Below, piece by piece: positions 1 through 13,233 of a DNA stretch of 32,964 bases. Numbering within the stretch: position 1 is the first letter of the stretch; the number at the start of each line of letters is the position of its first letter. Both the position numbers and the translations under genes were made by a program. Under the pieces are notes generated by a model. That model saw nothing but the letters and a program-made list of their open reading frames with translations. It searched no databases and had not been told where the DNA came from. Where the stretch lies: positions 1 to 32,964 of the forward strand of contig NW_005434534.1 in NCBI RefSeq assembly GCF_000315625.1, in the 5' to 3' direction. This DNA comes from Guillardia theta CCMP2712 (Eukaryota; Protista; Cryptophyta).

Positions 1-365
<365 letters not shown>

Positions 366-394
366 AGGAAGGTGAGGGTCTGACGGATGGGCAG

Positions 395-469
395 GCACTT
401 GAGAAGCAAATACGAAACACGACTCAGAAAGATGATGTCGACGAGGAGGGAGAGGACGCGGCGGCGTGA
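395..469 (+). CDS. probable last exon of a gene entering from the left edge (ALEKQIRNTTQKDDVDEEGEDAAA*)
   Basis: ctgac...gggcag acceptor, then a 24-codon acidic reading ending in TGA at 467-469; convergent with the next gene. No family recognised. Confidence 0.35.
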   Translation, partial: ALEKQIRNTTQKDDVDEEGEDAAA

Positions 470-620
470 AGGAGCAGAGGAAAGAGAACGAGGGGATGGA
501 AGATATGGAAGAGGAAGCAGGGGAGAGGAAAGAGGATGTGATACAGCTCTGGGTGGCGCAGAGAAATCAGAACAAAGCTATGAGATAGGAGGAGGTTTGG
601 TCTTGAGCACCAGGGCAATT

Positions 621-1489
621 TCAATGTGTAGCGAAACATTTCTTGACGAGCAAACTGACAAACAGAGAAGACATGACGGCAGTGATCAGGTTGTGAACTC
701 CCAACCTGACCCCGAGGTTGCACCTCTGCACGTTACACTGGCACTCTGCGCACCTCGCAAGTCAGGAGAAACTTCACATCCTCCCATCTTCCACGTCACC
801 TGTCACTGTCTTGGTGCACCTGTGACAACCATCACTTCCCCCTCCTCTGCTAACACCCTCCCTTCACCATCCGCTCAAGCAAGTCGTAGAGGTCTTCTCG
901 AACGCTGTGTTGGTACAGTAGTTGGCTGAGTAGAACGCGAGCGCGTCGCTCCCTGTATCCGTCACCGGCCATGGCACGCAGCTCTTGTACTGGAACTCCG
1001 ACTGGAACCCATCCTTTGCCGTGATCACTTCGTGCTGTTTCCTGGCAATAAGTCAGGACATCACAACTGCGCGGCCTCGAGAGGCACCAGCAGTAGAGGC
1101 ATTGGCTCAACACTCCCTGACACTTGGCACTCGCTGCACTCCCTTGTCACTTCGGAGCTCGCAAGAATCAGTCGCAGGCTTGCTCGCCTGGATATCCTCC
1201 GATGTCAAGGGAAGGGTGTCGCCAGTACTCAGCTTCTGTGCAGGTGAAGCATTCTGCATCGTCGCTGATGATCACAGCAGAGCGAGCATAAGCAAACACC
1301 ACCTATCGGCTGTCGGCATTTATTTCTTCCTGCGCATGGAGGCGCCCAGGCTGAACTCGTTGCTGCAGCATTGTTAGGGGACAAGCAATCGAGGCTCTTT
1401 TTCGGCAGACCAGTGGTGGTTTGTCCCCAAGCTTCCAACAAAAGGCAAATAGTAATGACGAGGAGAAAAATGAAGCTTCTACTCAACAT
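621..1489 (-). CDS. secreted, probably GPI-anchored Cys-rich protein with Ly6/uPAR (three-finger, Quiver-like) cysteine pattern
   Basis: Hand-spliced exons 1489-1303 (optional in-frame 48-nt intron inside), 1253-1188, 1133-1088, 1041-868, 819-800 and 745-621; all phases are compatible. Product: signal peptide MLSRSFIFLLVITICLLLEAWG...IECFTC...KC...QCLYCWK...YKSC...YC...TC...WC...ECQCNVQRCN followed by hydrophobic tail LGVRLGVHNLITAVMSSLFVSLLVKK. Gene model is strong; the family call is by pattern only. Confidence 0.7.
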
Positions 1490-1804
1490 TTTCACTTGAA
1501 AGACCTGATGTCCCGCCATTAGCTCGGGTGTTTCATCCTGGTCCTAATGCCACTTCTTTATCTTCTTCCGAGTCAATGCTCTTCTCCTATCCCGGCTTCT
1601 GCATCCCCGCCATCCTTACCTTGTCGTCAATGTGCCATTTCGCCGCTGCAGCCAAAAAACATAAAAAAAAGTCAATCATCTGAGGCGGACACTGACGGGA
1701 GTCGCTGCTGTGGGTGCGGCCCGGGCCCGGTCAGTGAAGGTGCCGGGGCCGGTCGGTCCGGTGGCGTTTCACTGAGAATCTTGAGGCGGACTCAGAGAAG
1801 CTGT

Positions 1805-2115
1805 AAAAGAGGGGTAGGGTGGTATGAGCTACCGGTACTTCGGCATGAGTAATGAAGGGGTACTAGAGAGGGGCCGTACTTGAGGAAGGGTGGGGGCAGG
1901 GTAAGATGATCCATGTCAAGGGGTAGGGGTAGTGGGTGATGGGTCACTGGGAATTGTGGACCATGGGGGGTAGGGTATAAGGATTTGTTACCAGGGTGGG
2001 GGTGAAATTACTGTAATACGATGGGGTAGTACTTCAGAAACCTGGGGTAGTAACATCAAAAATGGGGGGAAGCATTTTAAGGGTAGGGTACATGACAATT
2101 AGTGGGGTCATTTAT
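1805..2115. promoter_or_regulatory. cluster of GGGGTA/GGGGTC motifs in a divergent intergenic region
   Basis: Repeated ggggtag/ggggtac/ggggtca at ~1811, 1857, 1920, 1967, 2023, 2044 and 2104, between the starts of 621-1489(-) and 2547(+). Function inferred. Confidence 0.35.
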
Positions 2116-2546
2116 TTTGTCGGAGTGATGGGAACAACATGGCGTAGGAAAGGGAGGGAACGATGGTTGGGGGGGGCAGGAGCTGAGGTGAAGGGAGGGA
2201 AGAAAGGGGGGAGAGGGAGAGGGAGAGGAGACAAGAGAGAAGAACATCGCAGTGTGTGGTGAAAAGGATAGCTGTGAGACAAAGGAGGAAAGTTTCTGTG
2301 CTGACTCAGTATCCCTGTCAGAAATTGGTCTTTCCAGTCCATTAGCTCAGCTCAAGTACACCGACGAAGCAACCAGGACTTTATCTCAGTCAGATCTCTC
2401 TTGACAATCAAGGTACAATAAAAATCCACTGGATCCCAGGGCTCTGCTGACCCAATACCCCTCCCATCGCTTCAGTTGGTATACAGCACCTTGCAAGGAG
2501 GAAAGCGTTTCTTTGGTCCGCGTCTGGTGCGATCCAACAGGTTGAC

Positions 2547-4814
2547 ATGAGTAGCATGCCAGGCTTCAGCAGCTACTTGCTGTCGATCTTACTCGTCATG
2601 CTACTGTCTTGCTCGGACTCCAGCGGTCATCAGTCAGAATGTTTCATCACTCCGACTCTAGCGCGGCCGAGCCGGTCGGAGGGGTTGCAGCTCCGTTGGA
2701 CGTCCTCGCGTGCTGGCAGACTGGGCGTACTGCATCTGTATGCAGCTGAGAGCTCCTCAAGCTCTCGGAGCAGGCTCACTGCTGATCAGCAGGTGAGAAG
2801 TTCAATCGACTTGCAGTCCCGAGAGATCTTAGTGTATGACTCGTTGCAGGCGGAAACAACTTCAGGCAGGCTGAGGAATTTGAAGCGACTGATTGAGAGC
2901 AGCTGGTCCAATGATACTCCTTCTGACAAGTTTCTTGGATCTCGAAGGTAGCATGTTGACTTATACTCTACGATGCACGTTGTCCAGATTGTCACACTGT
3001 CACCTTGTCAATGTTCTTGAAGCTCTGAGGGATCAGATATTTCACGTGCTTGTGCTTCACTGTTGTCTTGTTGCTGATACTCTTGTCCTGTGGTGCTGGC
3101 TTGTTCGATCAAACGATGCTATCATGACACATGTTGTCGACGAGCAGGCTGGGAAAGATGAAGCGGATAGTCCTGAACCAGGTCGGCTCGCAAGAGACGA
3201 GGTGGTGAAGGAGGCAGGCGGGAGGCTCTTCCTTCAGCTGACTAGGCTGCTTCTGCAGTTCCTCAGAATCACGAGAAAATGCGCTGGTCGTCGATGAAAG
3301 GTTCCTCCTCCTCCTCCTCCCCCTCCTCCTCCTCCTCCTCCCCCTCCTCCTCTCCTGTTCTCCCTCGCTGCTGCGTCGGGTGACGTCGGTGCCAGATTGC
3401 AGAGCATCGAAGTCATGATAGGAGAGCGGAGGCACTCAGCTGTAAACCCTCGTAATGTGCTCTGTGTGCTGTGCTGACTGCTGTTGCAAAGCCGAACAAG
3501 ACGGCAGGCGACCTCGTCGTTGAGCTCGTGCTGGAGGCGGCAGACATGGTGAGAATGAAATTGAGCGGGGAGGACGACCAGCCAGACCAGGAAGAGGAAG
3601 AGAAAAAGCGAGGAGGAGGAGAGGAGGAGGAGAGCAGAGAGGAGGGCAGGGCAGAGCAGGGCGCTGACATGTTTGTCACGACAGGCAGCTGTCACTGCCT
3701 GGGGCTCGGCGCGGCTTCTCTCGTGAGATGGGCTGGGCGGCTCCTCCTCTTCTCCTCACCATGTGCGCAGCATTGCAGCGAACCAGGCAACTGCCGCTGC
3801 TCAGTCAGGTGAGAAAGTGTCGTGAGCCCCGTCTGTGCTGATCCTCCTCCTCCTCCAGCTCCTCCTCTGCTGTTCAACAGCAGTCAGGTCCTCCCTCGCC
3901 TGCAGTTCCAGCAGTTCATACAGACTTCGCTCTTCCGTCCTGGAGGATACTTGAAGACGCTGCAGGAGTTTGCGAGGAGGAGGAAGGGAGCAGAGGAACA
4001 GAGGGAGGTCACGAGCGACAGGGTCACGATCCAAGACCTGGAGTTTGCGGGGGAGGCAGGAGAGAATCAGCTCAGGGGAGAGAAGTGGATACGAGCAATC
4101 AGTCAGAAGGTCTCAGCACTCGCTCTACTTTCCTCCTCTCACGCACTTGCACCAGGATTGGATCCCCAGCACCCAGCTGCCTGGAGCTCCTTGGAAGGTC
4201 AACTGGATTCTACTTTCCCTCCGCTCCTCCCTCCTCCTCTCCCTCGCTCTCGCCTCCTCTCCCCTCCTTTCCCCTCCACTCTCTGCTGATCGCGCAGCCC
4301 TCCTCCCCCTTCTTCGTACTTCTGATCGTCCTCCCCCTCCAGGTGCTGGCTCAAGGGTGTACGGCTCTCCCTCCCAACCTGCAGGTAAGGGTGGGGAGGA
4401 GATCCCCTGCTAATGCTGGCGTCAGAGCTCCGGCGCGCAGAAGAGGAGGAGGATAGTCTTATCAGGCAAGGAGCTGCAGCTGCGCCTCCTTGAGCAGGGA
4501 GCGATCGGTCAGCCTGATTTCTCCCCTTCCTGACGTCCTTCCCCTCTCTTCCCCCCTGTTCCCCCCTGTTCCCATGCTTCCTCTCCCTCTGTCGTCCTCG
4601 CTCCTCCGTAAGGATCTTTCGATTGCAGATACTGTGGAAGCGGCATCCATCATCATGGGCTATCAGGTGAGAGCGAGGGGGAGGAGGAGGAGGAGGAGGA
4701 GAAGTGCTGACGGGAGGACAGCGTCTCAAGAACATCTCAGCTGCTCCCGATCTTAGCATGCTCATCGACATGGAGGAGGAAGTTAGAGAGCTAGTCTCCT
4801 CCTCGCGTGCCTGA
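2547..4814 (+). CDS. multi-exon hypothetical protein with putative bipartite (signal + transit) plastid-targeting leader
   Basis: Hydrophobic signal (YLLSILLVMLLSC), then SEC-FITP and a Ser/Arg-rich stretch. About 12 small exons are bounded by gt..ag with CTGAC branch points; the final exons read ...DLSIADTVEAASIIMGYQ|RLKNISAAPDLSMLIDMEEEVRELVSSSRA* (TGA 4812-4814). Internal exon structure not fully resolved. Confidence 0.55.
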
Positions 4815-4856
4815 GGTCGGGCCGATGAACTGCTCGAGGAAGTTTGTAAAGTACAT

Positions 4857-6171
4857 TCACACCCCCAGCTTCTCGAGCTTCTTGTCTATAGCCTGCATCT
4901 CCCGCATCTTCTCCGAGATCGCCCCGTTGACGATGGCCGTGTAGTCGCCCGCCTGAAGGAGCTCAGCTGACCCCGAGCAAGAGGGCGAGAGAGGAGGGAG
5001 TAGGGGAGACAATGGACGGTGAGACGCACGAAAGAGGAAGCGAGGATTCAAGGAAGGGGAGAGGAAGGGAGGAACAACCCCGGAGAGGACAGGCGAAGTG
5101 GAGAGGAGGAGGGCGGGCAGGGAGGAGGAGCTACCTTGCCAGTGGATGACATCTCTTGCAGAAATTTCTGATTCTCATCGACCTCCTTACTTAGCTCTCT
5201 GAATCTCTCCTACAGCACAAGTCATCTGAGAGGAGACGAGACGAGACGAGAGGGGAGGAGACGAGACGAGACGAGACAAGACGAGACGAGACAAGACGAG
5301 ACGATGAAAGAAAGGAGAGGAGAGAATAAGTAGACAAAAACACAAGACAAGACGAAGGGAGAAGACACATGAGCTGGGTGGATCTCCTTGCTGGGTCTTA
5401 CTTGAAGGATTTCTGTCTCTGATTTCGCTGTGGCAGTCGTGCGGACCCCAGGAGGAACGTATCGCCTCGTCCTCGTTCTCAGCTCCTGCACAGGTTTGAC
5501 CACAGGGATGTCACCCTCGTACTGCGATCCAGTCATCCTCGGCACAGCACCAGCTCACAGATACCTGCATGAACATCGCAAGCCTCTGCTTCTCCTGCTC
5601 GCGATCAACGAACAACTTGGTGGAAGGAGGAGGTCGATTCCTCTCGCTGTCTTGGGACACCTTGTGACACCGTCAGCTCTGTCAAGATGCTCGCAGGGCA
5701 GGAGGAGACAACAACGGACTACAACACGCGACCGCCCAGAGACCAGAAGAGCACGGGTTGTGGGGGGGAGGGGGGGAGGGGTTGTTCTGATGTGAGGGTG
5801 ATCCTAACCTCCTGTGCGATCGCTGAAGCCGTTTTCCTTCCTCCTCGAAAGTTCTTGGGATTGAGAACCCGGGGCTTCGCCTGCTCGAGCACAGGTGAGA
5901 TCAGATGACTTGACTTGGCAGTCAACGCACGGGCAACGTGGACGCCAACTGGTCGACATCAACTACCGGCCTTGCAACAGGGAGAGAACCATTGGTATCC
6001 ACAAACTTGAAGCAAGCAACAGTCAATCAAACCGCACTCGTATCGTTTCATCTCGTTTGCAAGAAGCCATGCTTTCCATACCTGTCTCAATTGGGTCGCC
6101 TTACGATGATTCAGCCCAGCGTTCTTCATCATGTCATCCAAAAGTTTTCGTGTGCCACTGCTCAACTGCAT
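4857..6171 (-). CDS. UPF0193 / EVG1 (C22orf23-like) protein
   Basis: Spliced product has MQLSSGTRKLLDDMMKNAGLNHRKATQLRQ, EQEKQRLAMFMQ, ERFRELSKEVDENQKFLQEMSSTGK and AGDYTAIVNGAISEKMREMQAIDKKL. These match recalled EVG1 blocks (T.ELL..MMK.S.L; EKEK.RLQ; RF.EL..EI.ER..FL..M...G....Y...I..EIS.K.REM..ID). Confidence 0.8.
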
Positions 6172-6200
6172 CGAAGATCCTCTTCCTCCCCCGATGCCAA

Positions 6201-6270
6201 CACCTCCTCCGCCTCCTCCGCCTCCTCCGCCTCCTCCGCCTCCTCCGCCTCCTCCGCCTCCTCCTCCACC
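6201..6270. repeat. (CCTCCTCCG)n / CCT-type microsatellite immediately upstream of the EVG1-like start
   Basis: Direct reading; it generates the spurious poly-Pro, poly-Gly, LLR and SSA ORFs. Confidence 0.9.
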
Positions 6271-6329
6271 CTTTGCTCCCCAAACTGCCATCACGAAACC
6301 TGTATTTTTGAACCCCTGCCTATGGATAT

Positions 6330-7070
6330 GACCCCTACCCATCATATAGCATGAAAGTTCTTGTAATAGTACGGGTACTTGGTACCACCCACCCATGCCA
6401 ATTGTACACCAAAATGCTTGCAAAGAACTTTCTGAGCTAATCTATTTTTAATATTAAATGCTTTAGCTCTCACAATATGTTAGCCTTGGTAGCCTGAGTG
6501 AGGCGGGCCGGGCCGGTCGAAGTGCACTTGAAGTGAACACGCGGGACTCTCAGGTACCCCAAGCAACAATGACCCACCCCCCAGCTCTCTCCACCCCTGA
6601 ACTGTGAAAATTTAACTTTAGGACGGGATGGACGGTCAGAGTCATCATCCTAACCCCTCCGAATGCCTTCTGATCTCCCTCCGACTACCCGGGTCCTCAG
6701 TCTCGTCACTTGGAACAACTACCACAGGTCACCGTAGTAGTATTAATGCAGTCAAGCTGGGGGTAGGGGGGTCATCGTGTAGATGGTCAGGAGGTAGGGG
6801 TAGTACAGTCCCCTAAAACAATTATTGAAGTACCCCAAGTGACTGGCCGCCAGGGTCACGGATCGGACCGGGAAAGGAACGTTAACAACATAAGGGGGGG
6901 TGGTATGAACACGCGGGTATCACTGCTTGTATAGTACCGGGTGGTTCCATAGCAAGTGGAACCTAAGTCGCAGGGGTAGCCTTCAACTGCTGGATGCAAA
7001 CAGGTGGGGTACCTGAGGGGTAGAACTGGCTAGAGCGGAGAGGGGGTGGGTCCTATCCGAGGGTGCAAGT
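6330..7070. promoter_or_regulatory. divergent intergenic region with TACCCC/CCACCC motifs switching to GGGGTA motifs
   Basis: C-strand motifs at ~6331, 6556, 6572 and 6591; G-strand motifs at ~6759, 6797, 6973, 7006 and 7017. Lies between starts 6171(-) and 7091(+). Confidence 0.35.
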
Positions 7071-7090
7071 GACAGGGTCGGGATAGCGCT

Positions 7091-10000
7091 ATGCCGCTCA
7101 AGGACTACGAATGCTTCCCCGTAGCTCCCCCGTCGTACCCGCTCGAGCTCTCCTCCTTCATCCCCGACACCATCACTTCATGGTGAGCCGCCATGCTCTC
7201 TCTTCTCTCCTCGGGTTTGCCTGGCCCACCTACATGATGGACTGATCTGTTACTGAATGTTGTCTTTGCTGCGGGTAGCTTCCTTCCGGACCGCGTCTCC
7301 AATCCTTGTACATAGGCTCCAAATGAACTTGACTTGTTGGTCTGAAGTATTGCTTTCTTGCAGGCTCAAGACGACGGCATGGCCGCACAGATCAGGACCT
7401 CCCCGAAGACGGTATGCGAACATCGTGCCCCCTCCTCCTCAAGCCTGATTCTGTCTTACCTGCAGAGGCAAAGAAGCAGAGGATGAACGCGATCCAGAAC
7501 TCGTTTGCGGACTCTACCTCAGAGATTGCGTCCTTCTCCTCGGACAGGCACAAGTCCTTCCACGCCTTCTTCAGCTTCCCGAACCTCAACGTGTTCCAGT
7601 CGGAGAACAGGCGGATCGAGATGGAGCAGATGAACCTCCTGCGGTCCCTCAAGGTCCAGCAAAGCTACCAGACCAAAAGCAGCACCCTCGACCCTCCTCG
7701 GAACCCGGTGGCGCAGAAGGCGTACGATGAGATGCTGTGGGGGTTGGGCATGATCGGCTGCCAAGAGTTCCTGGTCCAAGCTTCTAAGAACCTCTCGCTC
7801 TCGCAGCTGGGGAGGGATCAGAAGAGGCTGGAGGAAGTGCACGAGACGCTCAACGAGAAGCTGCAGGAGGACCTCCTGGACGTCGACGACTCGCTGCAGG
7901 CCATGGTGCAGCGACTGAGGCTGCTCACGGGCAAGACCAAAGGCAAGAAAGATGTTCAGATGCTGCACGCGCTGGAGGCCCGGGAGGAGCTCAAGGAGAT
8001 GTGCAAGGACCTGAGGCCGACCGACTTGCACGAGCTCGCGCGCATGGAGAGAGCATGGCAGTACAAGATCATGGCGCCTATCCGGAGGACTTGGTTCGAG
8101 GACATGAGGGCCAGGGCAGGGCTGTCGGACAAGAAGACGCCGAGGAGGTCGATAAGGAGGACGACGTTCCGCTACCTCTCGAGGCCCATCGAGAAGGATT
8201 GGAGCATGAAGAAGTTTCTCTTCATCATCTACACCATCCTCTCGTTCATCTTCACTCTCTACTCTCAGATCGCAACCCTGACAACTCTCTGCTCCGTCGC
8301 ATACATCTGCCCGGACACTGCAAACGTCATGCCCATCGTCGCTCCTCCCCTTGCCTACCGACAAGCCTCCTCCTACTACGAGACCAAGCTAGACAGCTAC
8401 TATCCTTACCTCCAGCAAACGTGCGCGTTCTCGAGCTCAGGCTGCACTGCTCCGGGTTACAAAGTGCAGTGGCCGTACATGGAGACGGAGCGAGGGAGCG
8501 TCGGGGTCCCCAAGGAGATCACGTCCTCGTGCTCCCTTGAGACGGGGATCTTTGACTACTTGTGGGATCCCTTCGATCGGACTTTCAGGCACGGCTTCTA
8601 CTCCTGCAGTAAGAGCGTCATCCCCCTCCAGCTGCCCTCCAACACAACGGGCCAGGTGGCCTCGCTGCACTTCGACGCGGAGTGGTACAATCAGAACCGG
8701 AGGAGCACGGAGGAATGCTTCAGGAAGAACTTCCCCAACGACAGGAGCCCCCAGACCGTCCTCACCCGCATGAGCAGGGACAGCGCCGACTATCTCAAGC
8801 TCGAGCTCTGCATCGCCGGCAGCAACGTTGCCAACGGGCCGCAGACTTGCCCGTGCGGCTACCCGACCCACTGGCCCCTCAACTTGTTCTACTATGGTGA
8901 GGACAAGCTGCGAGTGTGTGCGGCCGATCAGGTGAAGCAGACGTTCGAGGACGGCATCCAGTGCACCTCCGACGACTTTTGCTCAACCAAGAAGTGCGAG
9001 ATCGCCTTTCCGGACCAGCAGCCTCTCTCCACCTCCTCTCTGTACGGCTGCTACTTCTCCAGCCCTACCGCATCCTCCCAGACCGACCTGCTCTACAACA
9101 AGTGCGGACTTTCGTCCACCTCCACCCTGGCCGAGATTAGCGACCAGTTCGCCAAGGTAAGCCGACGAGCGGAGGAAGGTGGCGAGCAAAGTCTGTGCGG
9201 GCTGTTTGAGTTGTCGTGTGGGAGTGTATCTGTCATGTTTCAAACAAGATGTCAAGTCTTCTCCGCAGGTGTACAAGGACAAGTCATTGAGGTCTCCTCT
9301 CGACTCAAGGTTTTCGTCCAGGACGCTCCTCCTCCTCCTCTTCCTCATCAAGGAGGGCGGGGTCTTGACTGCCATCCTCGTCATCCTCATCATCCTCCTT
9401 GCCCTTGGCTCCCTCCTCCTCCTCCCGGCCATCGTTCTCTTCCTCGTCTACAAGTTGTGTCCCTTCTGGGGCTGCGAGATCTGGATCTTCTGCTGCACCA
9501 CGTGTCAGAACGAGAGCATCGCCAAGCTCAACTGGCAGTTTGTGGTCGACGAGCTGTTGAACGTCGTCTACTACAACCTCCGCGTCCTCTGGAACCTCTG
9601 CAAGAACTTCTCGACCATGTACAGGATGACGAAGCTCTCCTACCAGATCAAGTCCTCGCGCCTCAACGCGTCGGTACAGGAGCTCTACCTCAAGCTCGCG
9701 TCCATGGTCAACCTGGTCTTCAACATCGTCGTCATCTTCCTGACCGACTCGAGCTCGGGCAAGAGCCTCCTGATCATCTCCAGCATCCTTCAGACGCTCA
9801 CCATCTTCCTCGTCGTCAACCACGAGAACGAGTGGCTCTCCACCATCGCTAGCGCGCTCAAGGACAACAACGAACATCGCCTGTCCAAATTCGAGTTCGC
9901 CCTCATGGTCTCCAAGATCATGGAAGACTTCCTGCAGGATGATATCAGCTACAACTGGGTTGAGCATCTCCGTAGCTCTCATCCCCTCCTGCCCGTCGGA

Positions 10001-10769
10001 GAGGGAGGGCTGATGAAGGACGAGATCCAAGAGGATGAGGAGAAGGATCAGCTCTTCTACTGGCCCACCCCCGCAAGCCAGCTGATGCCGAGCTCCTGGA
10101 TCGTTACAAGGACCAAGACTTGCTCCTCCTCTCCCTCAAGCACCAACTGCTCGCCCCGAGGGTAATATCTATCCTCCTGTTCTTCCCCTTCTGCTCCTCT
10201 GCCTCCTCCCCTCCTTCATTTCTCCTCTTCTTCTTCTCCCTCGCTGCTGTCCTTGTAAACATTTTGCAGGAATACCAAGAGTATATCCCAGCATTCAGAA
10301 AGCCGGTGACCTTCGTTTCTTGCTCTCCCCTCCTCCCTCTTTTCTGACCTTCTCCCTCTCTTCTCCCCTCTCCCTTTTCCACCCTCATTCTCCCCTCNNN
10401 NNNNNNNNNNNNNNNNNNNNNNNNNNNNNNNNNNNNNNNNNNNNNNNNNNNNNNNNNNNNNNNNNNNNNNNNNNNNNNNNNNNNNNNNNNNNNNNNNCCC
10501 CCCCCCCCCCCACACTAAACTCCATCTCTCCCTCTCCCTTTCCTCTCCCTCTCTCCCTCCCCCCCCCCCCCCTCTCTCTCTCTGGCCTGTTGTTCACTCT
10601 TCCTCTGCAGACTGTCAGCCTGGCGTCAGTGCAGGAGGGAGACATCGGGCCCTGGAGGCGCAACGGAGGAGTGGAGACTTCAGCTGACGTCTGCCTCGAG
10701 GTCATCCAGTCCAGACTCGCGATGCAGAACACGATGATGGACGCCGGGTGGCAGTACGGGCTAGCGTGA
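7091..10769 (+). CDS. large multi-pass membrane protein with a Cys-rich extracellular loop, family unknown
   Basis: Phase-consistent small 5' exons from ATG 7091 lead into a long GC3-rich exon ending at 9156, then intron 9157-9268, exon 9269-10161, small exon 10270-10305 and final exon ~10611-10769. TM1 is KFLFIIYTILSFIFTLYSQIATL; a ~290-aa Cys-rich loop follows; further hydrophobic helices are GVLTAILVILIILLALGSLLLLPAIVLFLV and LASMVNLVFNIVVIFL / LLIISSILQTLTIFLVV. The 3' part is uncertain (possible frameshift, N gap). Confidence 0.7.
10398..10497. other. assembly gap (100 N) within a pyrimidine-rich intron
   Basis: Direct reading. Confidence 0.99.
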
Positions 10770-10945
10770 AGGAGAGGGGAGGGAGGGAGGGAGGGAGGGT
10801 GAAAGACCTATCAAAGTTTCATGTGGAAGGGTTCGACTGATAGCATTGATATGTTTCAGATTTTCTCAGAATTAACAAGAAGAAGAGAAAGGATCACTAG
10901 AGCTGTGAACTTCTCCCATCCTCATCTACAACTATTTTCCTCTCC

Positions 10946-12755
<1,810 letters not shown>

Positions 12756-13233
12756 CGAGGAGAACTGAAATCGAATCGAATGGTTTTCACTAATAGCATC
12801 ATGCTTGACTCTGATCGCGGCAACACAGTTGAGTACTGGCAGGTGAATGTCGTTGTCTGATCTCTCACTCTGCCTCTCTCCTCTCCTCGATGCCCTCTCC
12901 TCTCCCCTCCCCTCCCCTCCTCCATTTTAAAAAGGCGTGTAGAAAGCATTTTTGAACGTCTCTATTCAGTTTATCTCGAATAGCTAATTAAATTAAAATC
13001 CTGAGTTAGCTATTCTATTAATTTCAGTTAATTTCAGTTATATTTGTCGAAGTTCCAACTGTTCTCAACAGAAACCGGGGTCGTAGAAAATATCTAAAAT
13101 GTAACTAAATTATAAATACAAAAATATTTTGATTGAAATATAGTACCATCATTCGAGAGTATAGGGTGGGCGTTTGGCTGAGAAATGTCTGGGGCAAATA
13201 CCCTCACTGTTTGCGAGTAGTCATAGCACAGCG

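Noticed and set aside
1805-2115. GGGGTA words as interstitial telomeric repeats
   Set aside because: Not tandem and not a constant unit; retained only as a dispersed motif cluster.
3907-3965. FQQFIQTSLFRPGGYLK as an NDUFAF7/MidA methyltransferase motif
   Set aside because: Weak resemblance only; no SAM-binding E-x-G-x-G motif seen in the downstream exons.
5895-6423. Poly-Gly, poly-Pro (formin-like) and LLR ORFs
   Set aside because: Arise from a CCT/CCG repeat upstream of the EVG1-like ATG; no FH2 or other domain follows.
9157-9852. C-terminal part of the 812-aa ORF 7414-9852
   Set aside because: Read-through of intron 9157-9268 (gtaagc...cgcag); the true frame continues in ORF 9179-10165.
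7519-10030. Long antisense ORFs 7519-8364 and 9305-10030 as overlapping genes
   Set aside because: Expected shadow ORFs of high-GC3 coding sequence; no motifs.
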